A stretch of 63,205 bases of DNA, the filler included, from a bacterium (GTDB taxonomy: Bacteria > JALSQH01): assembly GCA_027004335.1 (NCBI GenBank). It is 11 parts of 11 records of this genome, joined end to end, with 100 filler letters (N's around TTAATTAATTAA, not from the genome) between each part and the next. Parts side by side here need not be neighbours in the genome. Positions count along the whole stretch, not along the records: positions 1 to 19,128 come from JALTID010000224.1; positions 19,229 to 21,397 come from JALTID010000228.1; 9 more parts are not named here. One strand, written 5' to 3'. Position 1 is the stretch's first letter, and every line of letters starts with the position of its first letter. Of this stretch, positions 9,322 through 19,933 are shown one piece after another. Both the position numbers and the translations under genes were made by a program. Below the pieces are notes generated by a model. It did no database searches. It was not told the DNA's origin and was given only the letters and a program-made list of their open reading frames with translations.

Positions 9322-9861
9322 ATGAAGATACTGGTAGAAGATATCCCCGGAGAAGGGTTAAAATTAGATTTCACTCTTTCCAGCAACTGGGTCAGAGAAA
9401 GGGTAGAGGGCCCTGGTGATGATTTTAAATTCGCCGGTGATATAACTGTAAGTGTGGAACTTCACAAGTCTAAGAACGGGATAAAAGTTAGCGGAAATTA
9501 TTCAGCCATAGCTGATTTAATTTGCCCGAAGTGCCTTGATCCTTTTACATCCCCGATTGAAGGGAGTTTTAAGATAAGATTGATGCCTGAGACTTTTTTA
9601 TCCAGAAAAAAGGAAATTCGCCTCTCATACCGGGACCTTGATGTGGAGTATTTTGATGGTGTTGTAGTAGATCTGGAGGCGATCATCCTTTCAGAGTTGG
9701 TGGTAAATTTCCCCCATGACAAACTGTGCAGGGAGGATTGCAAAGGACTCTGCCCCGTATGTGGAGCCAACTGGAATTACGAAACCTGTGAGCATATGGG
9801 AACTTATCATGGAATACACAATTCTCTTGGGATTTACCTTAAGAATGCTTTGAAATATTGA
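9322..9861 (+). CDS. yceD: YceD/DUF177 23S rRNA accumulation protein
   Basis: CPKCL and LCREDCKGLCPVCGAN motifs; directly upstream of rpmF. Confidence 0.9.
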   Translation: MKILVEDIPGEGLKLDFTLSSNWVRERVEGPGDDFKFAGDITVSVELHKSKNGIKVSGNYSAIADLICPKCLDPFTSPIEGSFKIRLMPETFLSRKKEIRLSYRDLDVEYFDGVVVDLEAIILSELVVNFPHDKLCREDCKGLCPVCGANWNYETCEHMGTYHGIHNSLGIYLKNALKY

Positions 9862-9875
9862 TAAAGGAGAATAAA

Positions 9876-10058
9876 ATGGCTGTACCAAGAAGGAAAACTT
9901 CCAAATCTAGGCAGGGTAAAAGAAGAAGTCATCTTGCCATTAAAAGGCCATTCTATATTACATGTCCCAACTGTGGAGAACCTATTTTGCCTAATAGAGT
10001 GTGTCCCCACTGTGGTTATTATAAGGGGAAAAAAGTCCTCAATCTGGAGGAGGAATAA
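9876..10058 (+). CDS. rpmF: 50S ribosomal protein L32 (Zn-binding form)
   Basis: MAVPRRKTSKSR...CPNCG...VCPHCGYY; AAGGAG RBS. Confidence 0.97.
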   Translation: MAVPRRKTSKSRQGKRRSHLAIKRPFYITCPNCGEPILPNRVCPHCGYYKGKKVLNLEEE

Positions 10059-10075
10059 ATTAAAAGGGGATTAAT

Positions 10076-11041
10076 GTGGTTTTTAAAACCCGGGTTACAG
10101 AGACCCTGGGGATCAGGTACCCCATTTTTCAGGGGGGGATGGCCTGGGCAAGCAACGCAGAGCTTGTGGCTGCTGTATCGGATGCCGGAGGTCTGGGAAT
10201 ACTCGGGGCAGGGGGCATGTCTGCAAAAGAATTATCCCTTCAAATTGACAGAATTAGAAAACTAACTGATAAGCCGTTTGGTGTGAATCTTTATTATTTA
10301 AATCCACAAATTGAGGAACAAAAAAGAGTGGTTCTTGATAAAAAACCACCTGTTGTAACTGTGGGGGCAGGGAACCCCGGAAAGGATATCCCTCTTTTTA
10401 AAGAATCTGGTATTACTGTCATGCCTGTTGTAGCAACCGTGGATTATGGCAGGCGGATGGAGAAACTTGGGGCTGATATTCTTATTGCAGAGGGTTATGA
10501 GGCTGGAGGACATGTGGGGGAAATTACAACCCTTACGCTTGTGCCTCAGTTGATTGATAAAGTTTCTATTCCAGTAGTAGCTGCCGGAGGGATTGCTGAT
10601 GGAAGAGGCCTTGTTGCTGCTTTTGCTCTCGGTGCAGAAGGTATTCAGATGGGAACAAGGTTTCTGGCATCGGAAGAATGTCACATTCATAAAAATTATA
10701 AGGATGCAATTTTAAAAGCTAAGGATAGAAGTACAATTGTTACCGGTCATCCCTCTGGAGTAAAAGTACGGGTTATAAAGAATCAACTTGCCAGAAAGTT
10801 TGTGGAAAGGGTTGAAGAAGGTGCTTCTCTTGAAGAATTGGAAGTTCTGGGAATGGGTGCTTTGAGGAAAGCTGTTCTTTTAGGGGATACTGAGATGGGT
10901 TCTCTTATGGCGGGTCAGATCGCAGGGTTAATCTCTGATATTAAACCTGCTGCCAGAATAATTGAAGATATAATTGCAGAAGCTATGGATGTTGTATTAA
11001 AATTATATAATACCCTCTACAGGGAGGAGAAAAATGGGTAA
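10076..11041 (+). CDS. fabK: Enoyl-ACP reductase FabK (nitronate monooxygenase family)
   Basis: YPIFQGGMAW, EAGGHVG, AAGGIADGRG and QMGTRF motifs; inside the fab operon. Confidence 0.88.
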   Translation: MVFKTRVTETLGIRYPIFQGGMAWASNAELVAAVSDAGGLGILGAGGMSAKELSLQIDRIRKLTDKPFGVNLYYLNPQIEEQKRVVLDKKPPVVTVGAGNPGKDIPLFKESGITVMPVVATVDYGRRMEKLGADILIAEGYEAGGHVGEITTLTLVPQLIDKVSIPVVAAGGIADGRGLVAAFALGAEGIQMGTRFLASEECHIHKNYKDAILKAKDRSTIVTGHPSGVKVRVIKNQLARKFVERVEEGASLEELEVLGMGALRKAVLLGDTEMGSLMAGQIAGLISDIKPAARIIEDIIAEAMDVVLKLYNTLYREEKNG

Positions 11042-11996
11042 AATTGCATTTATTTTTCCAGGACAGGGTGCTCAGTATGTGGGGATGGGGAAAGATTTTT
11101 ACGATAAATTTGATTCATTCAAAAAGATTATTGACAGGGTGAATGAGATCCTTGATATTCCTCTCAAGGAAAAGATTCTAAATGGCCCTACTGAGCAACT
11201 TACTCTTACCGAGAATACACAACCTGCTGTACTTTCTGTAAGTTATGCTGTTTATGCTACTTTAGAAGAAGAAGGGCTCTTAAATATTGAGCCAGATTTT
11301 GTGCTGGGGCACAGTCTGGGTGAGTACACTGCTCTTGTGGTTTCAGAGTCTCTGAAATATGAAGATGCTCTTCCTCTTGTGCGGGATAGGGGGAAGTTTA
11401 TGCAGGAGGCTGTTCCAGCAGATGTTGGTGCGATGGCTGCCATAATGGGACTTGCTCCTTCCAGAGTTGAGGCCCTGTGCTGGGAGGAGGGTGGTGAGGA
11501 TAAGATAGTTGTACCGGCGAATTATAACAGTCCCAATCAGATTGTTGTTGCTGGAGTCAAAGAAGCTGTAGAAAGAGTGGTTGGAAGGGCAAAAGATGAA
11601 GGTGCAAAGAGGGTGGTTTATCTTGATGTGAGTGCCCCTTTTCATACCCCTCTTATGAAAGCAGCTGCGGAGAAGCTAAAGGAAAGACTGGAAGAAACAG
11701 AGTTTTCAGATTTAAAATACCCTCTGCTGGCGAATGTTGATGCGAGGATACATACGGATAAGAATGATGTACCCAATCTCCTCTACTTTCAGATTTTTTC
11801 TCCAGTGAGGTGGCAGCAATCTATTGAATTACTAAAAAATGAAGGAGTTACTCATTTCCTTGAAATTGGACCGGGCAGAACGCTTGTGGGACTTATAAGA
11901 AGTATCTACCCAGAAGCTAAATTATACAATGTTGCAAAGACGACCCAGCTCAAGGGGGTAAAAGAATTTCTTGATAGTGTTGAAAAGGATGCTTGA
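11034..11996 (+). CDS. fabD: Malonyl-CoA:ACP transacylase
   Basis: FPGQGAQ, GHSLGEY and VSAPFH motifs. Confidence 0.96.
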   Translation: MGKIAFIFPGQGAQYVGMGKDFYDKFDSFKKIIDRVNEILDIPLKEKILNGPTEQLTLTENTQPAVLSVSYAVYATLEEEGLLNIEPDFVLGHSLGEYTALVVSESLKYEDALPLVRDRGKFMQEAVPADVGAMAAIMGLAPSRVEALCWEEGGEDKIVVPANYNSPNQIVVAGVKEAVERVVGRAKDEGAKRVVYLDVSAPFHTPLMKAAAEKLKERLEETEFSDLKYPLLANVDARIHTDKNDVPNLLYFQIFSPVRWQQSIELLKNEGVTHFLEIGPGRTLVGLIRSIYPEAKLYNVAKTTQLKGVKEFLDSVEKDA

Positions 11997-12726
11997 GGAT
12001 AAAGTTATTCTTGTTACAGGGGGAGCCAGAGGGATAGGAAAAGCTATCTCTTTATCTGTGGCTGAGGCGGGGGGGAAGGTTTATATAAATTACAGAAAAT
12101 CGGAGAAGGAGGCCAGGTCTCTTAGGAAGCAAATTGTTAGAGATGATGGTAAAGCTGAGATAGTAAGATTTGATGTTTCTGTTGAGGAAGAAGTGAAGGA
12201 AAGTATTAGAAATGTAATAAAAACTGAAGGTAGGATTGATGGTCTTGTTAACAATGCAGGAGTTACTTTAAATGCTTTGCTTCCCATTAGTAGTGCTGAG
12301 AGAATAGAGGAGTTGCTGCGAATTAATCTTATGGGGACCATTTTTTGTTCCAAGCACATTTTAAAAGGCATGTTGAAAAAGGGTGGAAGTATTGTTAATA
12401 TAACTTCAGTTGTTGGTGAGACAGGTAATCCGGGGCAGAGTGTATATGCTGCAGCAAAGGGTGGTATAATAAGTTTTACCAAAGCCCTTGCCAGAGAGGT
12501 TGCCCCCAGGAATGTTAGGGTTAACGCAGTCTCCCCGGGATATATTGAGAGCGGGATGACAGAGAGTATTCCGGATAACCTGCGGGAAGAGATGAAGAAA
12601 TTGATCCCCATGGGAAGATTTGGAAAGGCTGAAGAAGTTGCCAGAGTAGTACTATTTTTGTTGTCAGATATGAGCAGTTATATTACAGGTGAAGTTTTAA
12701 AAGTAAATGGTGGACTTTATATGTAG
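11989..12726 (+). CDS. fabG: 3-oxoacyl-ACP reductase
   Basis: [17 protein letters not shown] and VNGGLYM motifs; between fabD and acpP. Confidence 0.92.
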   Translation: MLEDKVILVTGGARGIGKAISLSVAEAGGKVYINYRKSEKEARSLRKQIVRDDGKAEIVRFDVSVEEEVKESIRNVIKTEGRIDGLVNNAGVTLNALLPISSAERIEELLRINLMGTIFCSKHILKGMLKKGGSIVNITSVVGETGNPGQSVYAAAKGGIISFTKALAREVAPRNVRVNAVSPGYIESGMTESIPDNLREEMKKLIPMGRFGKAEEVARVVLFLLSDMSSYITGEVLKVNGGLYM

Positions 12727-12740
12727 AAAGGAGGCTGAGT

Positions 12741-12977
12741 ATGGATGATTTAGAGAAAAAGGTAATTGAGTTAGTGGCTGATGAGTTGGGGATTAATCCA
12801 GAACAGGTTTCCCTTGAATCTTCTTTTGTGGATGACCTTGGTGCAGATTCTCTCTCTATTGTGAGTATGATTATGAGGGTGGATGACGAGTTTGGAATTG
12901 AGATCCCTGAAGAAGACGCTGAGAAGATCCAGAAAGTTAAAGATGTTGTGGAATATCTCAGAGCCAGACTACAATAA
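12741..12977 (+). CDS. acpP: Acyl carrier protein
   Basis: DLGADSL phosphopantetheine site; 78 aa, acidic. Confidence 0.93.
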   Translation: MDDLEKKVIELVADELGINPEQVSLESSFVDDLGADSLSIVSMIMRVDDEFGIEIPEEDAEKIQKVKDVVEYLRARLQ

Positions 12978-12993
12978 CCTGGAGGATAAATGA

Positions 12994-13452
12994 GTGAAGA
13001 TCGCCATTGGCGCTGATCATGGTGGATTTTCTTTAAAAGAAGCAATAAAAGATTTTTTATCACGGGAGGGGTACGAGGTAATTGATCTGGGTACATACTC
13101 CGAGGAATCTGTGGATTATCCTGATTTTGGTTACAAAGTGGCTGTTGCTGTGGCAAATGGAGAGGCGGAGAAGGGGATAATTATGTGTGGAACGGGGATC
13201 GGGATCAGCATTTCGGCAAATAAGGTAAAGGGGGTAAGGGCTGCCCTGGTTACCAATGAATATATGGCTGAAATGGCAGCGAAACACAACGATGCCAATA
13301 TACTTGCCATGGGAGGCAGGGTTATTACTCCGGAGATAGGTAAAAGGCTTATTAAAGTATGGCTGAGTAATTCCTTTGAGGGTGGTCGGCATCAAAGAAG
13401 GGTAAATAAAATTTCTCTCATAGAAGAAGGAAAATTAGAAGAAAGGAGTTAA
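12994..13452 (+). CDS. rpiB: Ribose-5-phosphate isomerase B
   Basis: GADHGG, DYPD, CGTGIG and FEGGRH motifs. Confidence 0.96.
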   Translation: MKIAIGADHGGFSLKEAIKDFLSREGYEVIDLGTYSEESVDYPDFGYKVAVAVANGEAEKGIIMCGTGIGISISANKVKGVRAALVTNEYMAEMAAKHNDANILAMGGRVITPEIGKRLIKVWLSNSFEGGRHQRRVNKISLIEEGKLEERS

Positions 13453-13454
13453 AG

Positions 13455-14717
13455 GTGGGAATTTTTGCGGACTTAAAAGAGTTTGATCCTGAGGTATATG
13501 ATGCCATCAAAAAAGAATTTGTAAGGCAGGAATCAAATCTTGAATTGATCGCTTCGGAGAATCATGCCAGCTGGCGAGTATTAGTTACCATGGGTCAGGT
13601 GATGAGTAATAAATATGCAGAGGGTTATCCCGGTAAAAGATACTACGGCGGATGTGAGTATGTTGATATAGTGGAGAATCTTGCCATTGAAAGGGCTAAA
13701 AAACTCTTTGGTGTGGATTTTGCCAATGTACAGCCCCACTCAGGAACTCAGGCCAATATGGCAGTTTACCTTGCTGAATTGCAGCCCTGTGACACCATCA
13801 TGGGAATGGATCTTTCCCACGGAGGTCATCTCTCCCATGGAAGTCCCGTTAATTTCTCGGGTCTCTATTTCAAGGTAGTTCATTACGGGGTTAGTAAAGA
13901 GACAGAGACCATTGATTTTGAGCAAGTAAGAACTCTTGCCAGGAAAAATAAGCCAAAAATCATTGTTGTGGGAGCCAGTGCATATCCGAGAATAATTGAT
14001 TTTGCAAAGTTTAGAGAGATAGCAGATGAAGTTGGGTCAAAGCTCCTGGTGGATATTGCCCATATTGCAGGATTGGTGGCAGTGGGAGTGCATCCTACCC
14101 CTGTTCCATATGCCGAATATGTTACCACCACTACCCACAAGACTCTGAGGGGCCCGAGGGGTGGTATGATAATGGGAAAGAAAGAGTATGAGAAGAAAAT
14201 TAACAGCAGAGTCTTCCCGGGAACCCAGGGCGGGCCCATGATGCATGTGATTGCAGCCAAGGCTGTAGCTTTCAAAGAGGCTCTCACAGATGAGTTTAAA
14301 CAGTACCAGGAGCAGATTGTAAAAAATGCCAAGAGACTTGCTGAGAGATTGATGGAAAAGGGTTACAGGCTTATTTCAGGAGGAACAGATAATCACCTGA
14401 TGCTTGTAGATGTAACTCAGAAAGGTTTAACAGGTAAGCAGGCGGAGAATGCTCTTGGCCTTGCAAATATTACGGTGAATAAAAATACGATCCCCTTTGA
14501 AAAGAGGAGCCCATTTGATCCCAGTGGAATAAGGATCGGGACCCCCGCTGTCACCACAAGGGGAATGAAGGAGGAGGAAATGGATCTCATTGCCGATTAC
14601 ATTGATGAGGTTCTTTCAAGTATAGATGATGAGGAGAGAATCAAAAAAGTGGGAGAAAAAGTCAAGGCCCTCTGTGATTCTTTTCCGATTTATAAAGATA
14701 TAATTGAGGAATTATAG
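13455..14717 (+). CDS. glyA: Serine hydroxymethyltransferase
   Basis: LIASEN, YAEGYP and [13 protein letters not shown] motifs. Confidence 0.98.
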   Translation: MGIFADLKEFDPEVYDAIKKEFVRQESNLELIASENHASWRVLVTMGQVMSNKYAEGYPGKRYYGGCEYVDIVENLAIERAKKLFGVDFANVQPHSGTQANMAVYLAELQPCDTIMGMDLSHGGHLSHGSPVNFSGLYFKVVHYGVSKETETIDFEQVRTLARKNKPKIIVVGASAYPRIIDFAKFREIADEVGSKLLVDIAHIAGLVAVGVHPTPVPYAEYVTTTTHKTLRGPRGGMIMGKKEYEKKINSRVFPGTQGGPMMHVIAAKAVAFKEALTDEFKQYQEQIVKNAKRLAERLMEKGYRLISGGTDNHLMLVDVTQKGLTGKQAENALGLANITVNKNTIPFEKRSPFDPSGIRIGTPAVTTRGMKEEEMDLIADYIDEVLSSIDDEERIKKVGEKVKALCDSFPIYKDIIEEL

Positions 14718-15277
14718 TGAAAGATTACAGAATAAGCTGGGATGATTACTTCATGCTTTTTGCGGTTATTGCTGCTCAGCGTTCAACATGCCTGAGGAGA
14801 CAGGTGGGTGCAGTTATTGTCAAAGATAGGATGGTTCTCGCTACGGGTTATAATGGTCAGCCCAGAGGGGTTAAACACGCTGCTGAGGTCGGTTGTATCA
14901 GGGAAAAATTAAAAGTACCTTCTGGTGAGAGGCATGAGCTCTGTAGAGGTCTTCATGCTGAGCAAAATGCAATAATTCAGGCTGCATATCATGGGGTAAG
15001 AATTGTAGGAGCAGATATCTATGTAACAAATAAGCCCTGCATAATCTGCACAAAAATGATAATAAATGCGGGGATCAAAAGGATAATTTACTACAGGGAT
15101 TATGCTGCCGAAGATATCACTACAAAACTTGCGGACGAGATGATAGAAGAAGTAGGACTTGAAGTGGTGAAATATGAACCCTCTTCTGAAAGGGTGGAAA
15201 AGATCATAAAATTTATAGAAGAGACAGCTCTTGATCATGATCTGATCAGGAAGTTACTCAAGGAGACCCCCCAATGA
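14717..15277 (+). CDS. dCMP/cytidine deaminase family protein
   Basis: HAEQNA and PCIIC Zn motifs. Confidence 0.9.
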   Translation: MKDYRISWDDYFMLFAVIAAQRSTCLRRQVGAVIVKDRMVLATGYNGQPRGVKHAAEVGCIREKLKVPSGERHELCRGLHAEQNAIIQAAYHGVRIVGADIYVTNKPCIICTKMIINAGIKRIIYYRDYAAEDITTKLADEMIEEVGLEVVKYEPSSERVEKIIKFIEETALDHDLIRKLLKETPQ

Positions 15278-15735
15278 GATGTCCATACTGTGGTTATGAG
15301 GAAACTGTGGTAAAAGATTCCCGGGCTATTATGGGTGGAACTGTGATAAGAAGACGAAGGGAGTGTCTTAGGTGCGGAAGGCGTTTTACCACCTATGAGA
15401 GAGTGGAAGAAGGGCTTCCAGTTGTAGTTAAAAAAGATGGCAGGAGGGAGCAGTTTAACAGGGATAAGATTTTATCAGGATTAAAAAAAGCATGTGAGAA
15501 AAGGCCTATCTCCATAGAAGTCCTTGAAAATATTGTTGCTGAGATCGAAAAGGAATTGATTGAAGAAGGCATGAGGGAAGTGGATAGCAAGAGAATAGGG
15601 GAGAAGGTAATGAAGAAGCTTAAAAAACTTGATAAAGTTGCCTATGTCCGCTTTGCCTCCGTATACAGAGAATTTCAGGATGTGGGAGAATTCACAGAGG
15701 TAATATCCACTTTAGATGATACAACGGAGGAGTAA
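15274..15735 (+). CDS. nrdR: Transcriptional repressor NrdR
   Basis: CPYC...[18 protein letters not shown] cone, AYVRFASVY. Confidence 0.97.
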   Translation: MRCPYCGYEETVVKDSRAIMGGTVIRRRRECLRCGRRFTTYERVEEGLPVVVKKDGRREQFNRDKILSGLKKACEKRPISIEVLENIVAEIEKELIEEGMREVDSKRIGEKVMKKLKKLDKVAYVRFASVYREFQDVGEFTEVISTLDDTTEE

Positions 15736-15748
15736 ACTCCTCCGTTGT
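15721..15748. terminator. Perfect inverted repeat between convergent genes; probable bidirectional terminator
   Basis: ACAACGGAGGAG-TAAA-CTCCTCCGTTGT overlapping the nrdR stop codon. Confidence 0.75.
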
Positions 15749-15750
15749 GT

Positions 15751-18603
15751 TTATGGAATATTCAGGGTAATTATCCTTCCATTGATGTTACTGAAACTAA
15801 CTCTGAATAGATTCAACATAGTGTCAAGGTAAACCATAGGTCTTCTGGCAACATAGCTGTTTCCAGTACCTGTCAGGTCCGTGGTGGCAACATATGAAAC
15901 ATCACCTGTTCCTGGATAGAAGAGTTTTATTGCTTTTTCTGCAGGATTGTAGTAGAGGATGGCGAGGACTTTTGAATTATTCCAGCTAACTTTTAAAGGA
16001 CTGCCCATTGTAGCATACTCAGGAATGAGATTGTGATCTGTGATAGAATTATCTACTGTATTCAGGTAGAAATATTCAGTGAATACCGAGTCACCATTGC
16101 CAATGTCGCCGCTTCCTGTATGTTCACTTACTGCAAAGAGAATGGAGGAATCGTCCACAGGAAGTATCTCCATGGTATCGGGACTCCCCGTAATATTTAC
16201 AGAGTAAGTGGTGCATCCATAGGGATATCCGTTTACCCATTCGGCACTATTAAGATTGCCGTTACCATCAAGGAAGAAAATATTGAAGATGTTCTGGAGT
16301 GTTATTGATAATGGATAGAAGTCGTATACACTTGTATTACATAATGGTGATCCCGAGTTTCCTGCAATGAAGTAGTTATTCCAGTTTCCTGATTCATATT
16401 TTAACATCTGGATGCCGTTAGCATCTTTAAAAGTAATAATGGATACCCCTGGGGAGTAAAAGGGTACTGTTACATAGGATATTGTTGAAGACCCACTGTA
16501 TATACTGGTGTTATCAATACTTATGTCATTGTTTCCATTAGTGATGGAGATTATGCGGTCAGTTCCGTTAAATTCAGCGCCATCAAAGTCAGGATTGGAA
16601 ATGGAGGATACTACAGTAGCTGGATCCCCCTGAGGTGTAAAGGTGAATACACTACCTGGCGAAGATGAATATATGCCATCCTCTCCCTCTCTAACAATAT
16701 TGTATGAGTTATAATTGGTTATTACCCTGCGATTCCACCGTGATCCGTTGTAAGTCATTGAATATACTTTCATGGAAAAAGGCCATGGAGTAAATTTTAC
16801 CCCTACGAGGTAGCTGGGATCAAGCACGGTTATATCAAATAAAAGTGCCGGAATTAGCCCCCTAAAACTTGCAATTTCTTCAAGTCTGGTTGGGTTGATT
16901 TTTAATTTCTGATTTTCTATGGTAAAAGAGACAAAATATGCGTAGTAGTAACGGGTTGAGTTACCCCAACTACCTGATTCGGTGGTAGTGGTAAATACAG
17001 TCATATACCCACTCTTTTTATCAGGAAATATATAGACATCTGAGGAGACCCCATCGCTATTGGTGATAAAGGGATTCAGAGTGGAGAGGTCAAGCTCATC
17101 CCATTGAGCCTGAGAGGGATTTTTTTTATATATAAGATAAGCTTTGCACAAACTGTTTGCGTCATCGTGGTAGGTTAGTGTGAAGAAGTGGTAAGTATCG
17201 TCTGTAATTATGTTACCCCCCTTCAGCATCGCGCTGGAAGTATCTGTTCCTGCCACATAAGATGCTTCTGTGGAGTAATCCATTCCTGATAATTTGTATA
17301 TTGTAAGTCCATATATTCCATTTTCATCTTTTTCAAAAGCGGCCAGATCCCCTGTGAGATAATCATGTTGCTGTGTGACATAGTAGCAATTCTCAATGCT
17401 TTTTGTGGTAGAAACAGAGAAAAGAGATGAAGTAGAAAAATAATGGTTGCTACTTACTGTCCCGAGATGAATCTGATTATCAGTGGCGTAAATAAATTCT
17501 GCACCCAGAGGCGAGACACTTTCTTTAATGAAATTGCCACAGAAAGAAGATGCAGTAATGTTATCTTGAATAACTCCCCTTGAATAGTTAACTTCTCCTG
17601 ATGAATCAACCACGCTTTTTACAATGTTAATATAAGATTGATTTCCATCTGAGTCCAGAAGTAGCGTGTAAAAATATTTGTTTCCTGCCGCTGTTACCTC
17701 TGCTGCACCAAGAACAAAGTCTTCAGCTCCTCCTCCTAGAGAGAGAAATTCCTTTGGTGAGGTACTGTAAAAGTTCAGGTATTTTAACTGGGAAGCATTG
17801 TTGTAGATAATTCCACCATCAGTTGATTTTATCAGCATTTTTATATCTGCGGAAATATTTGATGGGGGAAGTGGAGTTTCAAATATATTTGATGGTGTTG
17901 AAATGGTAGGGAGGATAATAGTTGAGTGTACTCCATTGTTACATGTATTATAATCAGATGTGCATGTCTGTACTGCTACTGTAACAGGAACCCCAGTTTC
18001 TATCAGTACATGATTTATGGTATATTGTGAACTATTCCCAGCAACAAAAGTGATTCCATAGTTGTTAAGTAATACCCTGTATTGATATTCATCTGACGGT
18101 TTTTGCCACTGCACAATTAGATTAGATAGTTCATTTCCTGTGTAGATTTTTAGATTGGTAACATCCGGTAAATCCGATGGTTTTATTTGATGTTGGGGTA
18201 CTCCTGATATGTTTACCCCTTTTGAAAAATTGAAGTTCTGATCATAGGTGAACACTCTGTAGTAGTATGGCTTATCGTTGAGAAGACCTGTGTCAGTGAA
18301 TTCTTCAGCCTTCCCGGTAAAGACCTTTGTGCCGTCAGAGGTATTTTTAGAAGGGTATGTATCCTCCTTCCTCAGGATCAGAATTCCTCTGAGGTCCTCA
18401 TCTGATGGGTTCTCCCATTTTAGCGTAAGTTGAGAATCTCCTGAGATTATTGTAAGATTTTTCACCTCACCAGGAGGTGTAGTGTCTTTTGATTGCCCAG
18501 TTCCAATATTGCCTTTCTCATTTTTATTGTGTTTTCCGCAAGCCGGTAGAAAAAGGAGAGCAAGGAGAATTACAAGTGAAGAAGGGAGCAAAAATTTTTT
18601 CAT
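15751..18603 (-). CDS. Large surface lipoprotein with N-terminal FN3-like domains and a beta-rich C-terminus
   Basis: Lipobox LPAC; DTTPPGEV...LTLKWENP...YYYRVFTYD FN3 pattern; Ser/Thr/Asn-rich. Confidence 0.7.
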   Translation of the reverse strand: MKKFLLPSSLVILLALLFLPACGKHNKNEKGNIGTGQSKDTTPPGEVKNLTIISGDSQLTLKWENPSDEDLRGILILRKEDTYPSKNTSDGTKVFTGKAEEFTDTGLLNDKPYYYRVFTYDQNFNFSKGVNISGVPQHQIKPSDLPDVTNLKIYTGNELSNLIVQWQKPSDEYQYRVLLNNYGITFVAGNSSQYTINHVLIETGVPVTVAVQTCTSDYNTCNNGVHSTIILPTISTPSNIFETPLPPSNISADIKMLIKSTDGGIIYNNASQLKYLNFYSTSPKEFLSLGGGAEDFVLGAAEVTAAGNKYFYTLLLDSDGNQSYINIVKSVVDSSGEVNYSRGVIQDNITASSFCGNFIKESVSPLGAEFIYATDNQIHLGTVSSNHYFSTSSLFSVSTTKSIENCYYVTQQHDYLTGDLAAFEKDENGIYGLTIYKLSGMDYSTEASYVAGTDTSSAMLKGGNIITDDTYHFFTLTYHDDANSLCKAYLIYKKNPSQAQWDELDLSTLNPFITNSDGVSSDVYIFPDKKSGYMTVFTTTTESGSWGNSTRYYYAYFVSFTIENQKLKINPTRLEEIASFRGLIPALLFDITVLDPSYLVGVKFTPWPFSMKVYSMTYNGSRWNRRVITNYNSYNIVREGEDGIYSSSPGSVFTFTPQGDPATVVSSISNPDFDGAEFNGTDRIISITNGNNDISIDNTSIYSGSSTISYVTVPFYSPGVSIITFKDANGIQMLKYESGNWNNYFIAGNSGSPLCNTSVYDFYPLSITLQNIFNIFFLDGNGNLNSAEWVNGYPYGCTTYSVNITGSPDTMEILPVDDSSILFAVSEHTGSGDIGNGDSVFTEYFYLNTVDNSITDHNLIPEYATMGSPLKVSWNNSKVLAILYYNPAEKAIKLFYPGTGDVSYVATTDLTGTGNSYVARRPMVYLDTMLNLFRVSFSNINGRIITLNIP

Positions 18604-18711
18604 AGCTTACCTCCCTTTTATCCTTCTATGATAAATGATAATCCCTTTTTTCTGGAAATGCAATTTTAAGGCCATTATAATTGAATGGAGAAATGATAAG
18701 GAGGAAAAAAT

Positions 18712-19128
18712 ATGTATGACTTAATTGTCATAGGTGGGGGGCCTGGTGGATATGCAGCTGCGACTCTTGGAGCTAAAAAGGGGCTGAATGTTTTGCTTGT
18801 TGAAAAAGAGAGAGTTGGGGGAGTCTGTCTCAATAGAGGATGTATCCCTGCTAAGACTCTTATCTCTTATGCAAGAACATTAAATAGATTTGCCTCAGCG
18901 AAAAAGAAGAAGATCTTTGATGGTGAAATAGATTTGAATTGGATTAATTTGCAGAACAGAAAAAATAAAGTTGTTGATACTCTGGTTACCTCTGTGGAAA
19001 AAAATATTAAAAAATTGGGTGGTGATATTATAAGAGATAAGGGACGCCTTCTCTCCTCTGGAGTAGTGGAGATGGGAAATGAGGTTTTTGAAAGTAAAAA
19101 TATTCTTATTGCCATAGGCTCTACACAT
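18712..19128 (+). CDS. lpdA: Dihydrolipoamide dehydrogenase (truncated by contig end)
   Basis: GGGPGGY and GGVCLNRGCIP motifs. Confidence 0.85.
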
Positions 19129-19228
19129 NNNNNNNNNNNNNNNNNNNNNNNNNNNNNNNNNNNNNNNNNNNNTTAATTAATTAANNNNNNNNNNNNNNNN
19201 NNNNNNNNNNNNNNNNNNNNNNNNNNNN
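19129..19228. other. Artificial contig linker (also at 21398, 28128, 34816, 37065, 39311, 41550, 48183, 54766, 56905)
   Basis: 44 N + TTAATTAATTAA (stops in all six frames) + 44 N, identical at every junction. Confidence 0.98.
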
Positions 19229-19883
19229 TAAACCAGCAGCTTTTTCAGGTCCTCTTCCCGGGATGTATGCTGATGTAGTAGATGAAAATGGAAATTCAAT
19301 CAGAAACCAGGTGGGAGAATTGGTTGTAAGAAAGCCATGGCTCGGGATGACCTATAGTTTCTGGAAGGATCCAGACAGATATATAAGAGCATACTGGTCA
19401 AGGTTTGAGAATGTGTGGGTCCATGGAGACTGGGCAGCTGTTGATGAGGATGATCTCTGGTACATTCTTGGCAGGAGTGATGATGTAATAAAGGTCGCCG
19501 GAAAGAGGCTTGGTCCCGCGGAGGTTGAGAGTATAGTTGTAGAACATCCTGCGGTGGTTGAAGCTGCAGCTGTGGGTGTCCCGGATCCAGTTAAAGGTCA
19601 GTCGGTGGTGGTTTTTGCTGTTCTTAAAGGAGGAAAAGAAGCATCTGAAAAATTAAAGAAAGAAATCAGGGAATTACTGCTAAAAGAAATGGGGAAGGCT
19701 CTTGCCCCCAAAGAGATCCACTTTGTTTCTCAGTTACCTCAGACCAGAAATGCCAAGGTGATAAGAAGGGCCATCAGAGCTGCATATATCGGAGAGAATC
19801 CTGGGGATCTGAGTTCGTTGTTAAATCCTGAGGCATTAGAGGAAATTAAAGAACTTGGGGAAAATTTTTATAAAAATAATTGA
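19229..19883 (+). CDS. Acetyl/acyl-CoA synthetase, C-terminal part
   Basis: WVHGD, GRSDDVIKVAGKRLGPAEVE and LPQTRNAK motifs. Confidence 0.88.
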
Positions 19884-19933
19884 CTGCTTTTCCCATCCTT
19901 GGAAAATAAAAGCAAATAATAGGAGGAGGAAAC

